From: Candidatus Latescibacterota bacterium
Lineage (GTDB): Bacteria > Latescibacterota > UBA2968
Assembly: GCA_965204745.1 (NCBI GenBank)
Contig: OZ242010.1
Span: 4,864,001-4,928,000, forward strand
Direction: 5' to 3'
Length of the DNA: 64,000 nt
Shown here piece after piece: positions 57,363 to 64,000 of this stretch. The notes under the pieces were generated by a model that searched no databases, was not told where the DNA came from, and worked only from the letters and a program-made list of their open reading frames with translations. Both the position numbers and the translations under genes were made by a program. The first letter of the stretch is position 1. Every line of letters starts with the position of its first letter.

Positions 57363-60300
57363 TCAATATCGCTTTCTGGCCGTGCGATAGACCCGCTTGA
57401 GCAAGGCGTCTATAATGAGATCGCGCTGGGCTTTGTTGGACATGAAGTCGTCGATGATCTTTTGGTTTCGTCCTTGCCGCCGCGCAAAGGCCCGCATCAC
57501 TTCTGGCTTAGAAACCTGCTTAAACCGCTCAATGGGGTTGGCCTTGGCCTGTTCGGCGAGGCTCTGGCTCTGTGCCATGTCGCCCGATATTTGGTCAAGT
57601 AGCAATTTGTCCTCATCGGTCCAATGCGTGCCAAACCGCTCGTTGATGGTTTCGATAATGGTCGATAGGGGCGCGGTGTGGTCGTCTTTGGGTTTTGCCG
57701 TGCCCACGTCGCCCACGCCATAGACCGGCTCTGTTTCGGATGCCGCCAATGCCCCACTGCCCGCAAAGGTCTTTTCATTGCGGTAGTGCGAGAGTTCGAC
57801 TTCGTCGGCGAGTTCCAACATGCCATCCCCCGGGCGGCGCGGCAACTTGGCGAGCAGGTGCCGCCCATAGGCATAGAGTTTTTCCAGCCCCGGATCTTGC
57901 CAAGTGATGATTTGGCTCAAAAAGCCATACAGACGCACAAAGCTGTGCAGGGTGCTTTTGAATCCCTCGCCTTCTTCGGTGTATGCGTCTCTGTCCGAGT
58001 TGCGTATGCCGTAGGATTGTTTGAAGCGTTCCACAGCGGGATCGATCCATTTGTTGAGTCGACCGTGGTCCTGACCGGTTTGAAGGGATTGGGGTTTGAA
58101 GTATATGCGCGCAAATTCGTCGATTTCCCCATCTCGCAACACGGCCGCGCTTTTCAGTTTTGCGTCCAAGGTGTAGAGGTGGTTGGGATCCGTGGGTTCG
58201 TAGATTTCCGTCTGTTCGCAATACGGTTTGAACGCATCTTTGATTTCGTCGATTTCGTTGACAAAATCGAGCACAAAGGTATCGACTTTTCCCTCTGTCG
58301 TGCGGTTGAGGCGCGACAGGGTTTGCACGGCTTTCAGGTCCGACAGCCGCTTATCGACGAACATGGTGTGCAAAAGCGGTTGATCAAATCCGGTCTGGTA
58401 CTTTTCTGCGACGATCAAGATCTGATATTCGGGAGTGGCAAAACGGCCGGGCAGTTCGCGCTCGCCAATGCCGTTCATCCCGGCTTCTGTGTGATGCACG
58501 CCCGCCACGTCCGGATCCGCAACGCTGCCGGAAAATGCCACCAGTGTTTTGAGGTCCGCGTATCCTTTTTCGGCGATGGATTTGTCAAAAGCCCGTTTGT
58601 AGCGCACCGCGTGGAGGCGTGAGGACGTGACGAGCATGGCCTTGGCTTTGCCGTTGATCTTCCGACGGGTAAAGGCGCGAAAGTGCTCGACCATGAGTTC
58701 CGTTTTTTGCGCGAGGTTGTGGGGATGCAGGCTCAGGAACCGCGCAATGGCCTTTTTCGCCTTGCGTTCATCCACTTCGGGATCGTCTTCAATGGCTTTG
58801 GACAATTTGTAGTACGTTTTGTACGTGGTGTAGTGCGCGAGCACATCGTGGATAAAGCGTTCCTCAATGGCTTGGCGCATGGCGTAGAGATGGAACGGTT
58901 GCGGATTGCCCGCCGCATCTCGCACCCCGAACATTTCGAGGGTTCGGTGTTTTGGCGTTGCGGTGAACGCATAGAAACTGATGTTGGGTTGTGGACCTCG
59001 GCGTCGGGCTTCGGCGAGAATCAGGTCTTCCATGTCCGGGAGATCATCGTCTTCTGATTCTGCTGCGCGTGTGCCGCCGAGTGCCTTGCGGAGGTTGCCC
59101 GCGCTTTGCCCGCCTTGGCTGCTGTGGGCTTCATCGACGATCACGGCAAAATTTCTGTGGGACAGATCGCGGACTTTGTCGAGCAAGAACGAGAATTTTT
59201 GCAGGGTCGTGATGATGATTTTCGTGCCCTTGTTGAGTTCATCGGCCAGATCGCGCGAATTGCGGTCTTCGTCGATTTTGGCAACCACGCCTTGCTTGTG
59301 CTCAATCTGATAGATGTTGTCCTGCAACTGCTTGTCCAAGTTGCGGCGGTCGGAAACGACGACCACCGAGTCGAAGATGGGACGGTCGGCCCGGTCGTGT
59401 GTGCTGGCGAGTTGATGGGCGAGCCAAGATATGGTGTTGGTTTTGCCCGATCCCGCGCTGTGCTGGATCAAGTAGTTGTGGCCCGCGCCTTTGGCCCGCG
59501 TGTCTGCGAGTAGGTCGCGGACCGCGGCGAGTTGGTGGTACCGAGGAAAGATGAGGGTTTCCGCGGTGGTGGTTTTGCCGCTGGCGACGTCCGTCGTTTT
59601 CTCGACTTGTAGGTGGATAAAGCGGTGGATGATGTCGAGCCAAGTGTCGCGTTGCCAGATTTCTTCCCACAAGTAGCCGGTTTTGTACCCGGTCTGATAA
59701 TGGTGATCGTCTGCATTGCCCTTGCCGCCGTCATTGCCCGCGTTGAAGGGCAGAAAGAAGGTTTTGTCACCTGCGAGGCGCGTGGTCATGTACGCTTCGT
59801 CTGTATCGACGGCAAAATGCACCAAAGCGCGTTTTTTGTGCTGGAGCAGGGGCGTTTTGGCAGTGGGCACGCGGTCTTTTTTGTACTGGTCGATAGCGTG
59901 CTCGGCGCGCTGACCCGTGAAGGCGTTTTTGAGTTCGATTGTGGCAATGGGCAGGCCGTTGAGAGACAAGAGCATGTCGATGACGCGGTTGCTGTCCAAG
60001 TCGTAACGCACCTGCCGCATCACAGTGAGGCGGTTCTGATCGTAGCGGCGTTCTGTGTCGGGATTCAAACGGGTCGGCGGGCGAAAATAGGCCAAGCGGA
60101 GATGTTGCCCCCGGTCGCGCACCCCATTGCGAACCACGTCGAGCAGACCGCGGGCATCGCATTCGGCGGCGATGCGTTTGACCACCGCATCTTCAACCGC
60201 GTTGCCATAAGCCACTTTGAGGGCGTCCAGTGCGTCGGCCTGCGTGGCTTTGAGAAAGGCGAGCGAGGTGTGCTCGTCCAAGCCCAATGCCGCATCGAAC

Positions 60301-60395
60301 TGCCCGCTGTCAGCCTTGACATACCCGGCCCGCTCGACCAACCACGCCTCAATCGCGGCCTCAAAATCTCTTTCCAATGTGGGTTTGGTGGTCAT
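57363..60395 (-). CDS. hsdR: Type I restriction endonuclease subunit R
   Basis: IDMLLSLNGLPIATIELKN (nuclease), PRYHQL, QHSAGSGKT, DEAHSSQ, AFTATPK, KYQTGFDQP, VQTLSRLNR. Confidence 0.96.
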   Translation of the reverse strand: MTTKPTLERDFEAAIEAWLVERAGYVKADSGQFDAALGLDEHTSLAFLKATQADALDALKVAYGNAVEDAVVKRIAAECDARGLLDVVRNGVRDRGQHLRLAYFRPPTRLNPDTERRYDQNRLTVMRQVRYDLDSNRVIDMLLSLNGLPIATIELKNAFTGQRAEHAIDQYKKDRVPTAKTPLLQHKKRALVHFAVDTDEAYMTTRLAGDKTFFLPFNAGNDGGKGNADDHHYQTGYKTGYLWEEIWQRDTWLDIIHRFIHLQVEKTTDVASGKTTTAETLIFPRYHQLAAVRDLLADTRAKGAGHNYLIQHSAGSGKTNTISWLAHQLASTHDRADRPIFDSVVVVSDRRNLDKQLQDNIYQIEHKQGVVAKIDEDRNSRDLADELNKGTKIIITTLQKFSFLLDKVRDLSHRNFAVIVDEAHSSQGGQSAGNLRKALGGTRAAESEDDDLPDMEDLILAEARRRGPQPNISFYAFTATPKHRTLEMFGVRDAAGNPQPFHLYAMRQAIEERFIHDVLAHYTTYKTYYKLSKAIEDDPEVDERKAKKAIARFLSLHPHNLAQKTELMVEHFRAFTRRKINGKAKAMLVTSSRLHAVRYKRAFDKSIAEKGYADLKTLVAFSGSVADPDVAGVHHTEAGMNGIGERELPGRFATPEYQILIVAEKYQTGFDQPLLHTMFVDKRLSDLKAVQTLSRLNRTTEGKVDTFVLDFVNEIDEIKDAFKPYCEQTEIYEPTDPNHLYTLDAKLKSAAVLRDGEIDEFARIYFKPQSLQTGQDHGRLNKWIDPAVERFKQSYGIRNSDRDAYTEEGEGFKSTLHSFVRLYGFLSQIITWQDPGLEKLYAYGRHLLAKLPRRPGDGMLELADEVELSHYRNEKTFAGSGALAASETEPVYGVGDVGTAKPKDDHTAPLSTIIETINERFGTHWTDEDKLLLDQISGDMAQSQSLAEQAKANPIERFKQVSKPEVMRAFARRQGRNQKIIDDFMSNKAQRDLIIDALLKRVYRTARKRY

Positions 60396-60422
60396 TGCGA
60401 TGCCTTAACCTACCTGTGATTT

Positions 60423-61106
60423 TTAGGGATTGTCTGACTTAAAGCGTGCATACACGTCAGGATCGAAAATGCGGGCGGTCACTATTTCGGACATAGGGAT
60501 TACAATTCGGAAATCCTCATAAACCAAAGAAGGTGACTCTTCAAGGGACTGCCAAAGCACAGGAGCATAATCAGTCGTGATTTCCAACTCGCGGGTATCC
60601 TCTTTTCGATAGCCACTTTTTAAGGGTAGGAGTGCGACATCAGACTCGCCATGCCTTGCGATTCCGCTCTCGAGAACGAAACCAATATAGGATTTTCCAC
60701 TTCTCAGCGAGAGTTCAACCAATTGTCCACTTTCGTTATTTTCCCTGATTAACAGTTCGATGAGATTACCACTTTCTCTTGCCGTTCGTCGCATTGCCTT
60801 TTCTTTGCCATAGAACAGATTGATTGCGAGCGGTAGTATGATCCCCAATAGAAAACTCAATACAACTGTACCAGAGTAATCGAATGGAACATAGGATTTC
60901 CATATTTCGCTGATACAAGAAAGATAGGGATTTGGCAGTAAAACAATTATCAAGTATGCACCGGCAAAAAGAAGGCAACCTGAGAAAGCAGACTTAAATA
61001 AGACATGGTAACCCGAATCCCGGAGCATGCCGTAGCGCGTATAGTACAGGTGCGTTAGAAACCAGTACCCACTGATAGTAGGAATAAAAAGTAATCCAAG
61101 GCCCAA
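60423..61106 (-). CDS. Hypothetical membrane protein (about 3 TMs plus a beta-rich C-terminal domain)
   Basis: TTG start with AAGAGG SD; hydrophobic N-terminal half; VELSLRSGKSYIGFV...PLKSGYR...FRIVIPMSEIVTARIF. Confidence 0.75.
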   Translation of the reverse strand: MGLGLLFIPTISGYWFLTHLYYTRYGMLRDSGYHVLFKSAFSGCLLFAGAYLIIVLLPNPYLSCISEIWKSYVPFDYSGTVVLSFLLGIILPLAINLFYGKEKAMRRTARESGNLIELLIRENNESGQLVELSLRSGKSYIGFVLESGIARHGESDVALLPLKSGYRKEDTRELEITTDYAPVLWQSLEESPSLVYEDFRIVIPMSEIVTARIFDPDVYARFKSDNP

Positions 61107-61215
61107 GGGAAATACCTCTTGATAGACTGATTAGCGGTTTTCTCCGATGTCGCTTTGTTGCGTCTTGCTTCAATGATATGTCTTCAGGTGGTTCATATCT
61201 ACATTTTTTAAGCAT

Positions 61216-61392
61216 TTATTTTTGATCTTTTTGAGACGTGTCAGACGACTTTGGCTCAACTGGAATCTTCGCCATTTTTGCGATTATCTCGCGCACCTTG
61301 GGATTGGCAAGCAATTCCTCTGCTTTGACATACTGACCGCCCCGTGGGGTTACGTATATCTTCAGTTTTTCTTCCGATGTGTTCTTAGCCAT
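61216..61392 (-). CDS. Small hypothetical protein (58 aa), paralogue B
   Basis: Below the ORF-track cutoff; translated by hand as MAKNTSEEKLKIYVTPRGGQYVKAEELLANPKVREIIAKMAKIPVEPKSSDTSQKDQK; AGGAGG SD. Confidence 0.75.
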   Translation of the reverse strand: MAKNTSEEKLKIYVTPRGGQYVKAEELLANPKVREIIAKMAKIPVEPKSSDTSQKDQK

Positions 61393-61510
61393 GGTGCATC
61401 CTCCTGATAAATGTTGTCATTTCCACCGCGCCAGCTTTCGCGCTGACAGGCACTTGTTGAACAAGGTAGCCAAACATGCCCGCGCCCGCAAGCGAGTTGC
61501 TTTCATCTAC

Positions 61511-62404
61511 TCACTTGGATTCGCCGTAAGCACTTTCGTCGTAGAGACTCTTGTGTTCTCCATCGGGAGTTTCTGTGTAATCCTCGCCGCGCTCCTGAAT
61601 CAACTTTTTGAAATCCATATCCTCAAGCAGGGCGTATTTCTCAACCAACTTTTTGAATTTGGCTCCTCGGTTACTCAGGCAGTTGTAAAAGAGAAGCCCC
61701 AATTCATCGCTCGACAATTGAGCGCGAATGAGATTGGTGTAGGGCTTTTTGGCTTTATGGTCTTTGGGGAAGTCGCTTTCTTGGTCAACAAATTTGACGA
61801 CATTATACAAGTTCCTAAAGTAATAACCAACCTGCGACTGATAGTTGTCAAAAAGTTCCTCATATTCATCATTTATCCATTTAAGCATCAATTCTTTTGC
61901 TTCATCCGGATTCTCCTCCCATTCAGCGTAAAATCCCTTCCAGGCTCTGCGATAGTTGCGTCTAAACACGCCAAGCAGGTAATCAAAGCACTGCCGCCCT
62001 TGATAAACAGTGTGACCCAAGGAAATCTCCATTGAATTGACAATATCATTGTGCAAGCCGAGAAGTTGAAAGAAGGAACTCTCAAAATTCTGCTTCTGAA
62101 GCGTTTGGTTCTGCGCCTCGAGTTGTTCCTTTTGTCCTTTGATTTCTTCACGCGTCTTCTCTAATTCCTCCCGCTGAAGCGCGAGTTCCTTCTTCTGAAG
62201 TATTATCGCATAAATGACACCTGCAAGAGCCAGTCCAGAGAACAGCGCGTTGACAACTCCAAACGAGTCGCCAAATTGCCCTCTTTCCACAATGTTGGGA
62301 AAACATAGCGGCAACACGATAATAGCCAATATCCAAAGGACAATGACCCCTAATAACCAAGGCCACCAACGAACCTTCCCTGTATCATCAGAAGTTTTGC
62401 TCAT
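61511..62404 (-). CDS. Putative abortive-infection protein (putAbiC-like)
   Basis: TM-GQFGDSFG..NALFSGLA-TM, coiled coil, QNFESSFFQLL, YFRNLY, Y..LIRAQLSSDEL.LLFYN; AAGGAG SD before MSKT. Confidence 0.82.
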   Translation of the reverse strand: MSKTSDDTGKVRWWPWLLGVIVLWILAIIVLPLCFPNIVERGQFGDSFGVVNALFSGLALAGVIYAIILQKKELALQREELEKTREEIKGQKEQLEAQNQTLQKQNFESSFFQLLGLHNDIVNSMEISLGHTVYQGRQCFDYLLGVFRRNYRRAWKGFYAEWEENPDEAKELMLKWINDEYEELFDNYQSQVGYYFRNLYNVVKFVDQESDFPKDHKAKKPYTNLIRAQLSSDELGLLFYNCLSNRGAKFKKLVEKYALLEDMDFKKLIQERGEDYTETPDGEHKSLYDESAYGESK

Positions 62405-62405
62405 G

Positions 62406-64000
62406 TCACACTCCTTGCGTTTGATGTCGCACGTCAATCGCTCCTGTCACCGCCGCCGAGATAAGCGCGGTTCGGCGTTCTTTGAGTAGCCCAATCGCCC
62501 TCTCATATTCCTCGATGAGCGCATCGATCTGTTTCGTTTCGCGGTCGAGGTAGTCTGCGATTTCCTCTTGTTCTTCAAGCGGAGGATACACACACGGGGT
62601 CGCCCCAACCTTTTCGACAGTAAAATGGGCAATGGTAGCTTTGTTACAAATCATGTCTATGTAGCCTATATGCTTGATGAAATACAGCCAATAAAACAAA
62701 AACCGCGTGTCTGCATCCTCGCGTGCTCTGATGCGATTGATCGAGTTTTGAATATAGCAATCTTCAATCTCATCATTCCAAAGCGCGCTACGTCCAACGT
62801 CCCCGCCTTCGCAGACCAACAGATCATTCTTGCAAAGTTTCAATTTCTGCTTTTCGTAATCTGTGAACCACATGCGTTTGACATCTGAAGTGTCTATACC
62901 GCGCCAGTGGATATTGACTGTTCTCAAGTAGGGTTCTTCGGTTTCATCCGGTTCGGTTTGATTGGACTTGAGCATTTTGCCCAATGTGATCTCATACCTT
63001 CGTTTGATAAACGTGACCGTCCAATGCGCGGGGACTTTTCCGATCCATTCAATCCCGCTGTCCTTCATGGTTGCGTTTGGGTTCAGTCCTTTGGTGATGG
63101 CGTTTGAGATGACCGCTTGCCGTTTCATCTCGGCAATGCGGGTGGTCGCGCCTTTCAAATCCGCGTCAATGTCGGTCAATTCGCGGGGCGGTGCGAACGT
63201 GTAGAAATGGCGATTGAAGGGGATCTCGTAGCCCACCTTGGTCTTGCTGTGGTCGATCCACGCATCGGGAATATGCGGGCGCACTTCGCGGTCAAAATAA
63301 GCGTCAACATCTTCGCGCAACGGCACGGTTTCGTAATCGCGCAATTCCGGATCGGGGTCGGGATCGCCCTTGCGGTTGGTGCAAACGTCGGCGGTTTCAT
63401 CGCGCTCGCCCAAGGCGTGGCAGATCGCTTTTTGTTGAGCTGCGGTGAGGTTCACCCGCGCCTTTGTGAAAGCGTCTGTGAGCAGGCCCGCGAACGCGTC
63501 GCGGTTTTTGTACGTCTGCGCGTTGTCCAGCGAGGCGAGAACCGCGAGCACGCGCCGTTGCTGTTCTTTGGGCAGGCGGGCAAATCCGGTCGTGGATTTG
63601 AGAACGGCGAGGCGGTCATCGCCGATCTGGAAATTGAGCTTGAGGGGCCGCTCGATAGTGACGCGCTGGTACCCAAAGTCGATGTTGTCGAAAATTTTCA
63701 CCCGGCCTTTCACCTCTGCAAAATTGCCAAACAGGCGCGTGATCGCGGCGATCTGGTCATCCGAGATTTGCTTGCGCTTGTTGCCCAGGCTCTTGGACAT
63801 GGGCACGGAAAAGTCTGTGGCGTCGATGAGTTGGACTTTGCCCGTGCGCTGCGGCGTTTTCCGATTGGTGATGATCCAGATATAGGTCGCAATACCGGTG
63901 TTGTAAAACATATCGGGCGGTAGCGCGATGATGGCTTCGAGATAATCGCTTTCGACGATCCACCTGCGAATCTCGCTCTCCCCACTGCCTGCCGCGCCAG
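62406..64000 (-). CDS. hsdM: Type I R-M HsdM (C-terminal part) fused in frame to a half HsdS (one TRD); 5' end off-window
   Basis: Open to the edge: GAAGSGESEIRRW...ALPPDMFYNTGIATYIW...KVGYEIPFNRHFY...PPREL (HsdM end), then KRQAVISNAITKGLNP...MKDSGIEWIG-TRD-PPLEEQ..I...ERRTALISAAVTG (HsdS second half). Confidence 0.9.
   Translation of the reverse strand, partial: GAAGSGESEIRRWIVESDYLEAIIALPPDMFYNTGIATYIWIITNRKTPQRTGKVQLIDATDFSVPMSKSLGNKRKQISDDQIAAITRLFGNFAEVKGRVKIFDNIDFGYQRVTIERPLKLNFQIGDDRLAVLKSTTGFARLPKEQQRRVLAVLASLDNAQTYKNRDAFAGLLTDAFTKARVNLTAAQQKAICHALGERDETADVCTNRKGDPDPDPELRDYETVPLREDVDAYFDREVRPHIPDAWIDHSKTKVGYEIPFNRHFYTFAPPRELTDIDADLKGATTRIAEMKRQAVISNAITKGLNPNATMKDSGIEWIGKVPAHWTVTFIKRRYEITLGKMLKSNQTEPDETEEPYLRTVNIHWRGIDTSDVKRMWFTDYEKQKLKLCKNDLLVCEGGDVGRSALWNDEIEDCYIQNSINRIRAREDADTRFLFYWLYFIKHIGYIDMICNKATIAHFTVEKVGATPCVYPPLEEQEEIADYLDRETKQIDALIEEYERAIGLLKERRTALISAAVTGAIDVRHQTQGV

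Noticed and set aside
60994-61215. 73-aa minus-strand ORF overlapping the membrane protein start
   Set aside because: Overlaps a better-supported CDS out of frame; no RBS or recognisable features.
53500-64000. Defence island as a prophage, ICE or transposon
   Set aside because: No integrase, transposase, phage genes, tRNA or att-like boundary repeats are visible in the window; the right boundary is off-window.

Overview
64 kb of bacterial chromosome with no rRNA, tRNA, CRISPR array or recognisable transposase/integrase. The gene mix (PhyH dioxygenases, sulfatase, Gfo/Idh/MocA oxidoreductases, TIM-barrel epimerases, LRR/FN3/cadherin-like surface proteins, Uma2, AAA+PD-(D/E)xK, R-M) suggests a marine host-associated symbiont, e.g. 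from a sponge; this is inference only. From left to right: partial type-2 ileS with a candidate Ile-codon attenuator leader; a 2970-aa secreted protein built from four near-identical scaffolds carrying 15/3/9/13 variable LRR cassettes; catabolic genes; a glycan-tailoring cluster with a GT-C-like/FN3 membrane protein; a mosaic tandem duplication of an AAA-PD-(D/E)xK gene plus Uma2; pyrC-carA; and a co-oriented defence island from ~53.5 kb. The island holds an HsdM fused in frame to half an HsdS, a putAbiC-like gene, a duplicated small ORF, a membrane protein with an Sm-like domain, hsdR, and a nuclease-less Dcm + GHKL ATPase + MTase-fold triad. Intergenic regions carry several unrelated 7-nt tandem arrays. 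Three of them supply the stop codon of the adjacent gene, and two sit between 33-bp duplications of a gene 3' end. The strongest candidates for undescribed systems are the Dcm-GHKL-MTase triad, the M-halfS type I R-M system, the LRR cassette-shuffling protein, the ileS leader and the heptamer-array process. All family assignments come from reading motifs by eye; no searches were run.
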